DNA of 64,000 bases from an uncultured Clostridia bacterium. Its GTDB lineage: Bacteria > Bacillota > Clostridia > Oscillospirales > CAG-272. This document shows, one piece after another, positions 15,661 through 25,133 of this stretch (positions are counted from its first letter, which is position 1; each line of letters opens with the position of its first letter). The notes under the pieces were generated by a model, which saw only the letters and a list, made by a program, of their open reading frames with translations, did no database searches and had not been told where the DNA came from. The DNA lies in contig CALWQR010000001.1 of NCBI GenBank assembly GCA_944383705.1, forward strand, positions 18,718 through 82,717, read 5' to 3'. The position numbers and the translations under genes were made by a program.

Positions 15661-18333
15661 TTATTCCACAAGAACACCGTCCGTAACCGTCAGACAACAG
15701 CCACTATCCAGACATTCATTGCCGGCAGCATCTGCCAGAAAGGCCCGAAGATAGATGCGGTAGGTGCCATCGGCCGGAATATTTGTCACAGTCAGCGCGC
15801 AGAGATAATCGGCTCCCAGCTGCTGGGCCGTTACGGACTCCATTCCTCTATCTGTATCTGCCAGAAGCGAGGTGTACACCGTGCTTCCGGCAATCCGCCC
15901 GGATACGGCCTTGCCGTCCTCGCGCACCACACGAAGATAAAATCCGACCTCGGTATACTCCTCCAGCGTTTTCCCTCCCAGGTCAACGGTACTGACCACG
16001 CGCAGCCGGGTACTGTCGCCGGCCGGAGCCGTAGGTTCCTGCACAAAAGCGGTTTCCGCCAGGGTTGGACGGAGCATCTCCGCCACACCGGCGGGAACTG
16101 CCAAACCTTCTGTCATGGTCCAGCCGATCAATGCCGGCAAATCCATCAGTTCGGTGGTTTCGGTCAAAGACCGGATCAACGAAGAGTGATTGGTTGTTGT
16201 GGAGGTATTGCTGTCCATTGCAGCCGAGCCGGTCTGCACTCCGTCATAGGTGACCGTAAGCGCGTAGTAGTTGTGCCAGGCGATCAGAGCATTGGCATTG
16301 GTCCCGGTGAGATAGTAAGTATCGGCAATCGATATTCTGGCCTGCTCGGTGCGGCTGTTGCATTCCAGATAGACCAGCGATCCCGAAAACCCATCCGTAC
16401 TGGGCACTGTGCGGGCATTGTAACAGCGGTTGAGGGTCAGATGCCCGCGGTTGAGCCCGACCAGTCCGCCATTGTGATTGGAAGTAGCCAGAATCTCCCC
16501 GTAATTGGCACAGTCTGAAAGTGTCAGTTCGGAAGAAGGGCTGTTTTCATCTGTTGCAAGGCTGTTGACGTTCCCGACGATTCCGCCAACCCCTGCCGAG
16601 CCCGAGACGGTACCATTGAATACCACGCTCTGCATTTCTGCCACGCCATAATAACAGCCGCCCAGAATACCACCGATGCAGTCGATTGCTGTGCCGTCGG
16701 TTTTTCTTCCTTCCACAATGGCCTCACTGTAGAGATTGCGGAACAACGACGGCTCCTCCCCACTGACCGAGCTGGCAATGCTGCCGATATAGTTCTTGGA
16801 AGTGGACAGAATGTAGGAATTGGTCATCCGGAAATTCTGAACGGTTGCCCCTACCAGTTTGACCAGCAATGCTGAACCGGAGCTTTCCTGATTGACGTAC
16901 ACGCCCGAGAGCGTGTAGCCGTCCCCGTCCAGTACGCCGCGAAATTCAACAATCGGAACCCACACACGCGCCGGGGCGGATTTGGTGGCCGCGTCCCATC
17001 CCGGATTGAGATCCACATCGCCGTTCATTCGCACAGTCAAGCCTTCATAATAGCCATAAGCGGCCGCATACGCGGCAAAATCGAACCAGTCATCGGCATC
17101 GGAAAGGTGAATGACGCCCGCGCCATCCTGCTCCAGCGGCAGAACCAGCTGTTCCATACCGGGCTTAGTAGCCAGCACGGGGAGTGTGGTCACTGTCTGA
17201 ATCACCCCCTTGGCATTGTCCCATGTTGTGGTTTTGTCGGCAAATGTCAAACGATCGGTCTCGCCTCCGGTATAGGACACCGTGACGTCAAAGCGGTTCC
17301 GCGATCCATGCAGGCCAATGCCGTGCTTCAGAACTGCCGCATCCGAGGTATAACAATCTGTGAACCGCACGGCAGCAACGGTTGTGGGGGTATTGGTTTC
17401 GGAATTGTTCTTTGTAATGGTCTTCCGATCCAAATAGGCAAGTCCTCCGCTCCACTGATTGTTTCCGGTGGAAATGGCCCCAAGGTTGGCACAGGCAATC
17501 AACTCGGCATCCGCGGCAATACGGCCGATCATCCCTCCCGCCTCGGTGCCAACGCTGTCTCCGCGCTGAGTCCGAACTGTGCCGTAATTGACGCAGCGCC
17601 GCAGGGTTGCCTTGTACTCGTTGCTGGTGCCGAGAATGCCTCCCACCATCACGCCGCCGCTCACCGTTCCGGAAAAGCTACAGTCGGTAAACTCGGCGTC
17701 TGCCCCGTATAATACGCCGCAGATTCCCCCAGCCACCTGCGAATATCCGGTTTCCGGAGTTTCGGTTTCAATCACAACATTGCTGTGTATATTCTCAAAC
17801 ACACACCGGTTATTGCTGACCGATGCCATCACACCGCCGCTGTAATCACCCGCGGACCAGATGTAACTGTTTTCGATACGCAAATCACGTATGATGCAGC
17901 CGTCCCCGCGCCAGATAAAGCCCTGGTTGCCTGCTCCGTTGAGATACAGACCGGAGATTGTGTAGCCCTGCCCGTCAAAGGTTCCCTTAAAGCGACTGAC
18001 CGGCGTCCAGACCCGCCCCCCGGCGGGCGCTGTCCTGGTAGCCGCATCCCAGCCGGGATTGAGATTCACGTTGCACATCAAGCGCACGGTCTGACTGTTG
18101 AAGCAGTCCAACCCGTTTGAGTCATCGGCACAGGCTGCGGCAAACGCAAACAGGTCATCGACCGAATCGATTTCCCATACCCCATCGCCGTTCGGGTCGC
18201 CCCATTCCTCTGCCGACAGGTCCGGAACGGGCAGAGCCGAGAGTGGCAGCACCCCCATGCTGCCGATGAGTATGGCCACCAGCAGAACGATTGCCAACAG
18301 CCGGACGGAACATTGGTTTTGGTGTGTCTTCAT
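15661..18333 (-). CDS. Secreted GLUG-motif / beta-helix repeat surface protein with an internal duplication
   Basis: Signal peptide VRLLAIVLLVAILIGSMGVLPLSA. Two ~400-aa repeats each carry NLNPGWDAAT..F(K/R)G(T/V)(F/L)DG(Q/D)GYT(I/L)SG(L/V)Y(L/V)N followed by GGI.G-type turns. C-terminal Ig-like domain. Confidence 0.75.
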   Translation of the reverse strand: MKTHQNQCSVRLLAIVLLVAILIGSMGVLPLSALPVPDLSAEEWGDPNGDGVWEIDSVDDLFAFAAACADDSNGLDCFNSQTVRLMCNVNLNPGWDAATRTAPAGGRVWTPVSRFKGTFDGQGYTISGLYLNGAGNQGFIWRGDGCIIRDLRIENSYIWSAGDYSGGVMASVSNNRCVFENIHSNVVIETETPETGYSQVAGGICGVLYGADAEFTDCSFSGTVSGGVMVGGILGTSNEYKATLRRCVNYGTVRTQRGDSVGTEAGGMIGRIAADAELIACANLGAISTGNNQWSGGLAYLDRKTITKNNSETNTPTTVAAVRFTDCYTSDAAVLKHGIGLHGSRNRFDVTVSYTGGETDRLTFADKTTTWDNAKGVIQTVTTLPVLATKPGMEQLVLPLEQDGAGVIHLSDADDWFDFAAYAAAYGYYEGLTVRMNGDVDLNPGWDAATKSAPARVWVPIVEFRGVLDGDGYTLSGVYVNQESSGSALLVKLVGATVQNFRMTNSYILSTSKNYIGSIASSVSGEEPSLFRNLYSEAIVEGRKTDGTAIDCIGGILGGCYYGVAEMQSVVFNGTVSGSAGVGGIVGNVNSLATDENSPSSELTLSDCANYGEILATSNHNGGLVGLNRGHLTLNRCYNARTVPSTDGFSGSLVYLECNSRTEQARISIADTYYLTGTNANALIAWHNYYALTVTYDGVQTGSAAMDSNTSTTTNHSSLIRSLTETTELMDLPALIGWTMTEGLAVPAGVAEMLRPTLAETAFVQEPTAPAGDSTRLRVVSTVDLGGKTLEEYTEVGFYLRVVREDGKAVSGRIAGSTVYTSLLADTDRGMESVTAQQLGADYLCALTVTNIPADGTYRIYLRAFLADAAGNECLDSGCCLTVTDGVLVE

Positions 18334-18417
18334 CCTTTCAATTCCCTTTCTGTCAGATATTTGACTGGCTACGGAACAGAAGCCGCAACCGGCAAACCAC
18401 TCCGCGCCGCCAGTTTT

Positions 18418-18446
18418 ATTATATACAATTGCCCGTTAAATGTAAA
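18418..18446 (-). promoter_or_regulatory. Promoter (TTTACA-17-TATAAT) of the 18333->9373 operon, inside an AT-rich region
   Basis: Minus-strand TTTACA at 18446-18441 and TATAAT at 18423-18418, with a 17-nt spacer. It sits about 85 nt upstream of the ATG at 18333. Confidence 0.55.
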
Positions 18447-18702
18447 TCCCTCCATGTCACCTATATGCACGATTATGTAAATTTGAATTTTTTTGTTTTT
18501 CTGTTTTGCATAAATCACGATTCCATATTTTAAGCATATAAAACAAATCAAAAATAAAATTCGACGGCACATTTAAGCAATCAGAGAACAAAAAAGAAAA
18601 GTAAAGCAGCAACCATGAAAAAGCAAAATGTTTATGTAATGTATATGTAAAGTCACAGCAATTGTATATCAGACAACCGGAGCCGGTCATGCGTCATGCA
18701 GA

Positions 18703-18748
18703 ACAGCCCCGCCCCGGATGCGCTTTGCACATCCGGGGCGGGGCTGTA
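18703..18748 (-). terminator. Palindromic repeat copy 2; probable terminator of the thioesterase gene / T-box operon
   Basis: CCCCGCCCCGGATGCGCTTTGCACATCCGGGGCGGGGCTG has the same core and orientation as 9273-9311. It lies 120 nt downstream of the stop at 18867. The minus-strand T-tract is weak (CTGTTCTG). Confidence 0.6.
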
Positions 18749-18866
18749 TCGTTTTGGGCGGTTTGCGGAGGCCGGGTCGGGCGGACGGCCGCGGGGCGCG
18801 GCCTTGCCTGACGGTATGGTCTGCCGCTGGCCGGGCCCTGTTAAAGGGGGCTGCCGTTGTTCGGCC

Positions 18867-19349
18867 TTACCGCGTGGCCTGCCGCTGGGCGGCCTTCTGG
18901 CGAGCGACCTCGTCAAAGAGCTGCCGCTCTTGCTCGGTCACGGGCTCCAGTGGCGGGACCGGGCGCGGGCGCTCGTCGGCGTCCAGGGCAACCAGGGTAA
19001 AGTAGCCGTCGGCCACCGGATGGCGGGTGCCGTCCAGATCCTCGGTCTCGGCCTGCACCAGAACCACCATGGAGGTGCGGCCGGTCCATATCACGCGGGC
19101 CGACACGACAATGGTTTCGTTCTGCCGGGCGGGGTGCAGAAAGCGCAGCCGCTCGATACATGCCGTGGTAACGGCGCTGTTGGCGTACCGCCGGGCGCTG
19201 ACCGCCGCGGTGTCGTCCATCCAGGTCAGCAGATCTCCGCCGAACAGCCGGTCGGCGCCGTTCATATTCGCGCGCGTCAGAATGCGCACGAATTCGGCAG
19301 CCGAATCGGCCGCGTGACCTGCCCGTTTTTCGGTTTCGGGTTCCATCAT
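18867..19349 (-). CDS. Acyl-CoA thioesterase (hotdog fold, YciA/Acot-like)
   Basis: MMEPETEKR... then ANMNGADRLFGGDLLTWMDDTAAVSARRYA..TACIERLRFLHPARQNETIVVSARVIWTGRTSMVV. Start re-set to ATG 19349 (GGAAGGA RBS). Confidence 0.7.
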   Translation of the reverse strand: MMEPETEKRAGHAADSAAEFVRILTRANMNGADRLFGGDLLTWMDDTAAVSARRYANSAVTTACIERLRFLHPARQNETIVVSARVIWTGRTSMVVLVQAETEDLDGTRHPVADGYFTLVALDADERPRPVPPLEPVTEQERQLFDEVARQKAAQRQATR

Positions 19350-19377
19350 ATCCTTCCGCTTCCTTCTGTTCCGCTTT

Positions 19378-19806
19378 TCAGTCGCCGAATCCGGCAAAGT
19401 CCGCCTCGTCAAAGCCGTGTCTGCGCAGGATTTCCTCGGCCACTTCCATGTCCTCCACCTGCACAATCATAATCGCCTTGCCCGAGACCTTTGCCACATA
19501 GGCATACATATATTCGACATTGATGCCGCTTTCCGCCAGCACCCGCAGCGCGCCCAGCGCGCCGCCCGGCGCGTCCTGCGCCGAGAGCGCCAGCACATTG
19601 GTCAGGCGCACCACAATTCCCTCGTTGGCCAGCACCTCACGTCCCTTTTCGGGCTGATCGACAATCAGGCGCAGAATGCCGAACTCGGCAGTATCCGCCA
19701 GCGAGAGCGCGCGGATATTGATGTGATTTTTGGCCAGGGTGTCGGCCACCGCGCACAGCCGCGCGGTCTCGTTCTCCAAAAAAACCGAAAGCTGCTTGGT
19801 AATCAT
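19378..19806 (-). CDS. ACT domain-containing protein (tandem ACT)
   Basis: MITKQLSVFLENETARLCAVADTLAKNHINIRALSLADTAEFGILRLIV plus a second ACT-like half. This is the typical partner of paaK/iorAB clusters. Confidence 0.75.
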   Translation of the reverse strand: MITKQLSVFLENETARLCAVADTLAKNHINIRALSLADTAEFGILRLIVDQPEKGREVLANEGIVVRLTNVLALSAQDAPGGALGALRVLAESGINVEYMYAYVAKVSGKAIMIVQVEDMEVAEEILRRHGFDEADFAGFGD

Positions 19807-19824
19807 ATCGCTTCTCCCTTCCGC

Positions 19825-21135
19825 TCACATTTTTCCCGACCGGTTGTCCACCACCCGCCGGGCCTTGCCTTCGCTGCGTACAATGGTTTTCGGGTTGACC
19901 AGATGCACCTTGGCGCCGATGCCCAGCGTGGAGCGGAGCTGCTCGGTGATGTTGCGCTCCAGCGCCTCGATGGCCCGGACGTTGTCCGAGAAAAACGCCT
20001 CGCTCATCTCCACGTTGACATCGAAGGTGTCGGTATTGTTGACCCGGTCCAGCACAATCTGATAGTTCGGCGTGATGCGGTTGCCGCTCACGCGCAGCAG
20101 CACCTCCTCGATCTGGGAGGGGAAGACGTTGACGCCCCGGATGATCAGCATATCGTCGGTGCGCCCGCTCGGCTTGCTCATGCGGACATGCGTGCGCCCG
20201 CAGGGACAGTCTTCCCGGATCAGCCGGCAGATATCCCTTGTGCGGTAGCGGATGACCGGAAATGCCTCCTTGGTCAGCGACGTGAACACCAGTTCGCCCA
20301 CTTCTCCCTCCGGCAGCACCTCGCCCGTGTCGGGATTGATGGTCTCGGCAATGAAGTGGTCCTCCCAGACATGCATTCCCGCCTGCTCGCTGCACTCGCA
20401 GGCCACGCCCGGGCCCAGCACCTCGGAAAGCCCGTAGATGTCATATGCCCGCAGGCCGAGCTTTTCCTCAATTTTGCGGCGCATGTTCTCGGACCACGGC
20501 TCGGCGCCGAAAATGCCGATGCGCAGCCGGAGCTGATCCTGCACGCCCATCCGCTCGGCCTCCTCACCCAGATACATGGCGTAGGAGGGGGTGCAGCAGA
20601 GCACCGTTGCGCCAAAGTCCACCATGGTCTGAATCTGGTTGGCGGTATTGCCCGAGGAAATGGGAATGACGGTTGCCCCGAGGCGCTCGGCGCCGCTGTG
20701 GGCACCAAAGCCGCCGGTAAACAACCCGTAACCAAAGGACACCTGCACAATATCCTCGGCCGTCACGCCGAGCCCGGCCATCATGCGGGCGACGCATTCG
20801 CCCCACATATCCAGGTCATTCCGGGTGTAGCCCACCACAATGCGCTTGCCCGTGGTGCCCGAGGATGCGTGCAGACGCACCACATCCTTCATCGGCACGG
20901 CAAACAGCCCGTAGGGGTAGTAATCGCGCAGATCCTTTTTGTAGGAAAACGGCAGCAGGTGCAGGTCCTCCACCCCCCGGATGTCGCCGGGGCGGAGCCC
21001 TTTTTCGTCCATGCGGCGGCGGAAGCACTCCACCCGCTCGTAGGAGCGGCGCACCTGCTCGCACAGCCGGCGGCTCTGCAGGGCGCGCAGTTCGTCATAG
21101 GACATGCACTCTTCTTTGGAATTGAGGTATTTCAT
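19825..21135 (-). CDS. paaK: Phenylacetate--CoA ligase family protein
   Basis: MKYLNSKEECMSYDELRALQSRRLCEQVRRSYERVECFRRRMDEKGLRPGDI..LPFSYKKDLRDYYPYG..SSGTTGK. Start re-set to ATG 21135 (GAAGGAG RBS). Confidence 0.85.
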   Translation of the reverse strand: MKYLNSKEECMSYDELRALQSRRLCEQVRRSYERVECFRRRMDEKGLRPGDIRGVEDLHLLPFSYKKDLRDYYPYGLFAVPMKDVVRLHASSGTTGKRIVVGYTRNDLDMWGECVARMMAGLGVTAEDIVQVSFGYGLFTGGFGAHSGAERLGATVIPISSGNTANQIQTMVDFGATVLCCTPSYAMYLGEEAERMGVQDQLRLRIGIFGAEPWSENMRRKIEEKLGLRAYDIYGLSEVLGPGVACECSEQAGMHVWEDHFIAETINPDTGEVLPEGEVGELVFTSLTKEAFPVIRYRTRDICRLIREDCPCGRTHVRMSKPSGRTDDMLIIRGVNVFPSQIEEVLLRVSGNRITPNYQIVLDRVNNTDTFDVNVEMSEAFFSDNVRAIEALERNITEQLRSTLGIGAKVHLVNPKTIVRSEGKARRVVDNRSGKM

Positions 21136-21155
21136 GCAATGATCTCCTTCGGCAT

Positions 21156-21722
21156 TCAGAGTTGATAGCCCAGCGCAAAGGCCCGGAGGTTGACGTCCAG
21201 GAACCTTGCCGGGACGGTGTCCCGCAGGGTTTCCAGCCACTCGTCATACGGAATGGCGGTGTTCTTTGCCATCACGCCGATCAGCACCACGTTCACGGCC
21301 TTCTCCGAGCCGGCCCGGCGCGCCAGCTCCAGCGCATCCACGGCGGTCAGATCGGCCTGGGCCGAGAGCTTCCCGACAATGTCCCGGGGATATTCCGCCG
21401 CGCCGGTAATCACCGGCATGGGGTTGATCTGCTGGGTGTTGACGATGATTTTGCCTCCCGCCCTCAGCCAGGGCAGCGCGCGGTAGGCCTCCAGCAGCTC
21501 GAAGGCCAGAACGATGTCGGCCTCACCGCGGTCGATGACGGGGGACCAGATACGGTCGCCGTATTTGACATATGTCACCACGCTTCCCCCGCGCTGGCTC
21601 ATGCCGTGCACCTCGGAGACCTTGACGTCATAGCCCCGGCGCACCACCGCGTTGCCGAGAATCCGGCTGGCCAGCAGGGTCCCCTGCCCGCCTACGCCGA
21701 CAATCATGATGTTGGTTTGCAT
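21156..21722 (-). CDS. iorB: Indolepyruvate:ferredoxin oxidoreductase subunit beta
   Basis: MQTNIMIVGVGGQGTLLASRILGNA..VKVSEVHGMSQRGGSV. Size and position directly after iorA fit. Confidence 0.85.
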   Translation of the reverse strand: MQTNIMIVGVGGQGTLLASRILGNAVVRRGYDVKVSEVHGMSQRGGSVVTYVKYGDRIWSPVIDRGEADIVLAFELLEAYRALPWLRAGGKIIVNTQQINPMPVITGAAEYPRDIVGKLSAQADLTAVDALELARRAGSEKAVNVVLIGVMAKNTAIPYDEWLETLRDTVPARFLDVNLRAFALGYQL

Positions 21723-21723
21723 C

Positions 21724-23472
21724 TCAGTCCTCCTCCTTTTCGATGGCGCCGAACGGGCAGACGCCCACGCAAAGTCCGCAGCCGTTGCACTGCGTCGGGT
21801 CGATGGAAACCGCTCCGGTGGCGGCGTCCAGGCTGATGGCCGGACAGCCGAGCTTTATGCAGACCTTGCATTTGCGGCAGCGGTCGCTCACCCGGCAGTG
21901 CCCGGTGTAGCGCACCTTTTTGAGCAGGGCGCAGGGCCGCTGCGCGATGATGACCGAGGGCTCCTCGCACTGGGTCTCCTGCCGCACCACCTGCTCCAGG
22001 CGCTTGGTGTCAAACGGGTCCACCACCTCGATGCGGTCAATGCCCACGCTGCGGCACAGCCCGATCAGGTCCACCTGCCGGGTGGCCTCGCCGCGGATGG
22101 TTTTGCCGGTGGTGGGGTTGTCCTGATGCCCGGTCATGCCGGTGATGGAGTTGTCCAGAATGATGACGGTGTTGATCCCCTTGTTATATACAATGTCGAT
22201 CAGCCCCGTGATACCGGAATGGATAAAGGTGGAATCGCCGATGACCGAAACCAGCTTTTGGGCAAATTCCCTGCCCCGCACCTTGGCCATGCCGTGCGCC
22301 GCGCTGACCGACGCCCCCATGCAGACCGTGGTATCCACCGCAGAGAGCGGCGCCGCGGCCCCCAGCGTATAGCAGCCGATGTCGCCCGAGACCACCAGCC
22401 CCAGCTTATGCAGCACATAAAAGGTTCCGCGATGCGGGCAGCCCGCGCACATGACCGGGGGGCGCGCCGGCAGCGTCTCCGCAGGGGTGCGGACCGGGGC
22501 GGGCTCCTCCCCCAGCACCACCCGGCGGATCATAGAGGGGGTATATTCCCCCAGCGGGGTGAAGAGCCGCTTGCCCTGCACCGGCAGACCCATGGCCAGG
22601 CAGGCCTCCTCCAGGAAGGGGTCCAGCTCCTCTATCACATACACGGTCTCGCAGGATGCGACAAAATCCCGCAGCAGCCGCTCGGGCAGAGGCCAGACCA
22701 TCCCCAGCTTGCAGTAGCTGACGCGGTCGCCCAGCGCCTCCTTTGCGTACTGGTAGGAGATGCCCGAGGCAATCACCCCGATCCCGCCCGCGTGGCGCTC
22801 CACCGTATTGAAGGCGCAGTCCTCGGCATAGGCGGCCAGCCGGCCGGTCCGCTCCTCCACAAACACATGCCGCCCGATGGCCATGGCAGGCATCATGACG
22901 TTTTTGGGGACATTCTTTTCATAGTCCTTCAGGGGTTGCTCGGTCCGTATGCCGGTCTCCACCAGGCTCTGGGAGTGCGACACCCGCGTGGAAAGCCGCA
23001 GCAGCACCGGAGTGTCGAAGCGCTCGCTCAGGTCGAACGCCGCCTTGGTATAGGCCAGGCATTCGGCCGAATCGGACGGCTCGAGCATGGGAATCTTGGC
23101 GGCCTTGGCGTAGTGGCGGGAATCCTGCTCGTTCTGCGAGGAGTGCATCCCGGGGTCGTCCGCTACGCAGAAGACCGCACCCCCGCCCACGCCGATGTAG
23201 GCGTCGGTAAACAGCGGGTCGGCCATGACGTTCAGCCCGACGTGCTTGCAGCAGGACATGGCACGCCCCCCGGCAATGGCCGCGCCGATGACGGCCTCGG
23301 CCGCCACCTTTTCGTTGGGAGCCCACTCCACAAACACCTCCTCGGCAGGATAGGTGGCCATGCACTCGGTAATCTCGGTGCTGGGGGTCCCGGGGTAGGA
23401 GGAAACCAGCCGCACCCCCGCCTCGTAGGCGCCCTGCGCCACGGCGGCGTTTCCAAGCAACAGTTTTTTCAT
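21724..23472 (-). CDS. iorA: Indolepyruvate:ferredoxin oxidoreductase subunit alpha (TPP and 2x[4Fe-4S])
   Basis: MKKLLLGNAAVAQGAYEAGVRLVSSYPGTPSTEI. TPP-binding GDSTFIHSGITG. C-terminal ferredoxin motifs CRKCKVC..CP and CNGCGLCVGVCP. Confidence 0.85.
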   Translation of the reverse strand: MKKLLLGNAAVAQGAYEAGVRLVSSYPGTPSTEITECMATYPAEEVFVEWAPNEKVAAEAVIGAAIAGGRAMSCCKHVGLNVMADPLFTDAYIGVGGGAVFCVADDPGMHSSQNEQDSRHYAKAAKIPMLEPSDSAECLAYTKAAFDLSERFDTPVLLRLSTRVSHSQSLVETGIRTEQPLKDYEKNVPKNVMMPAMAIGRHVFVEERTGRLAAYAEDCAFNTVERHAGGIGVIASGISYQYAKEALGDRVSYCKLGMVWPLPERLLRDFVASCETVYVIEELDPFLEEACLAMGLPVQGKRLFTPLGEYTPSMIRRVVLGEEPAPVRTPAETLPARPPVMCAGCPHRGTFYVLHKLGLVVSGDIGCYTLGAAAPLSAVDTTVCMGASVSAAHGMAKVRGREFAQKLVSVIGDSTFIHSGITGLIDIVYNKGINTVIILDNSITGMTGHQDNPTTGKTIRGEATRQVDLIGLCRSVGIDRIEVVDPFDTKRLEQVVRQETQCEEPSVIIAQRPCALLKKVRYTGHCRVSDRCRKCKVCIKLGCPAISLDAATGAVSIDPTQCNGCGLCVGVCPFGAIEKEED

Positions 23473-23498
23473 CTATGTAGTTCCTTTCCGTATGGCGT

Positions 23499-25133
23499 TC
23501 AGCGTTCGATCTGCTGCGCAACCAGGCTCTCGCCGCAATACTGCCGGCGGAGCTTGGGCTTTTCGATTTTTCCGGTGGGATTGCGCGGCACCGGTGCGAA
23601 GATAATGCGGCGGGGGCGCTTGTAGCGGGGCAGCTCATGGCAAAAGCGCATCAGCTCCTCCTCGGTCAGCGCAGCGCCCGGCTTGCGCTCCACAATGGCT
23701 GCGGCAATCTCCCCCAGGCGCGGGTCGGGCAGACCGATGACCGCCACATCCTTGACGGCGTCGTTCCGGCGGATGAAATCCTCAATCTGCACGGGGTAGA
23801 GATTCTCTCCCCCGGTGATGATGACGTCCTTTTTGCGGTCCACCAGGTAAATAAAGCCGTCCTCATCCTCCATGGCCATATCCCCGGTCAGCAGCCAGTC
23901 GCCGTGCAGCACCTCGGCCGTGGCCTGGGGGTCCTTGTAGTAGCACTTCATCACGCCGGGGCCGCGGACACACAGCTCCCCGACCTCCCCGCGCGGGACG
24001 GGGCGCTCGTGCTCGTCCACAATCCGGACCTGCCAGCCGTACCCCGCCCGGCCGATGGCCCCGACCTTGTCGGTATTCCCGACCCCGAGGTGCACGCAGC
24101 CAGGGCCGATGGATTCGGAAAGCCCGTAGTTGGTGTCATACTGATGGTGCGGGAAGACCGTGAGCCAGCGGTGAATCAGCGAGGGCGGCACCGGCTGCGC
24201 GCCGATGTGCATCAGCCGCCACTGCCCGAGGCTGTAATCCTCGGGATGCAGCTCACCACGCTCGATGGCGTCCAGAATGTCCTGCGCCCAGGGCACCAGC
24301 AGCCAGACGATGGTACAGTGCTCCTCCGACACCGCCCGCAGAATCCATTCGGGCCGGGTCCCCTTGAGCAGCACAGCGCGTCCCCCGCTCATCAGCGAGC
24401 CGAACCAGTGCATTTTGGCGCCGGTGTGGTACAGGGGCGGAATGCAGAGGAAGACGTCCTCGTGCGTCTGCCCGTGGTGATTCTGCTCCACCCGCGCGGC
24501 ATGAATCAGGCTGCGGTGGGGGTGCAGGATGGCCTTGGGAAAGCCGGTGGTGCCCGAGGAAAAATAGATGGCGGCATCGTCCTCCTCGCGCAGCGGCAGC
24601 GCCGGGTCGGCATCGGTGCAGTAGGAAATCATTTTTTCATAGCTGTCGGCAAACGTGGGGCAGTCCTCCCCGACGTAAAACATGTGCCGGACGCCGGGCA
24701 GCCGGTCGCAGATTTCCTCCATCCGTCCGACAAACTCCGGACCGAACACCAGCACCGAGCAGTCGGCCTTTTCCAGACAGTAGCGGATTTCCTCGGCCAC
24801 GTACCGGTAATTCAGCGGGACCACCACCGCGCCGGCCTTCAGCACCCCGAAATAGACGGGCAGCCATTCGATGGAGTTCATCAGCAGAATGGCCACCTTG
24901 TCCCCCGGGCGGCAGCCCCGCGACATCAGCAGATTGGCAAAGCGGTTGGCGCGCGCCTGGAACTCCCCCCAGGTAATGGCGCGGTGAAAGGGCTTGCCGG
25001 GCTCGGGCTGAACCAGCGAATACTCCCGCCAGGTGATCCGGCTTTCGGGCTCAAAGCAGGGGTTGATTTCGGTCAGAGCGGTCTCGTTTGCATACAGAGA
25101 GGCGTTCTGGTTCAGCAAATCGACAATGGTCAT
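23499..25133 (-). CDS. AMP-forming acyl-CoA synthetase/ligase (ANL superfamily); substrate unknown
   Basis: MTIVDLLNQNASLYANETAL. ANL motifs YFSSGTTGFPKA, YGLSE, LTGD and GKIEKPKLR. Start re-set to ATG 25133 (AAGGAG at 9 nt). It is the first gene behind the T-box. Confidence 0.85.
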   Translation of the reverse strand: MTIVDLLNQNASLYANETALTEINPCFEPESRITWREYSLVQPEPGKPFHRAITWGEFQARANRFANLLMSRGCRPGDKVAILLMNSIEWLPVYFGVLKAGAVVVPLNYRYVAEEIRYCLEKADCSVLVFGPEFVGRMEEICDRLPGVRHMFYVGEDCPTFADSYEKMISYCTDADPALPLREEDDAAIYFSSGTTGFPKAILHPHRSLIHAARVEQNHHGQTHEDVFLCIPPLYHTGAKMHWFGSLMSGGRAVLLKGTRPEWILRAVSEEHCTIVWLLVPWAQDILDAIERGELHPEDYSLGQWRLMHIGAQPVPPSLIHRWLTVFPHHQYDTNYGLSESIGPGCVHLGVGNTDKVGAIGRAGYGWQVRIVDEHERPVPRGEVGELCVRGPGVMKCYYKDPQATAEVLHGDWLLTGDMAMEDEDGFIYLVDRKKDVIITGGENLYPVQIEDFIRRNDAVKDVAVIGLPDPRLGEIAAAIVERKPGAALTEEELMRFCHELPRYKRPRRIIFAPVPRNPTGKIEKPKLRRQYCGESLVAQQIER

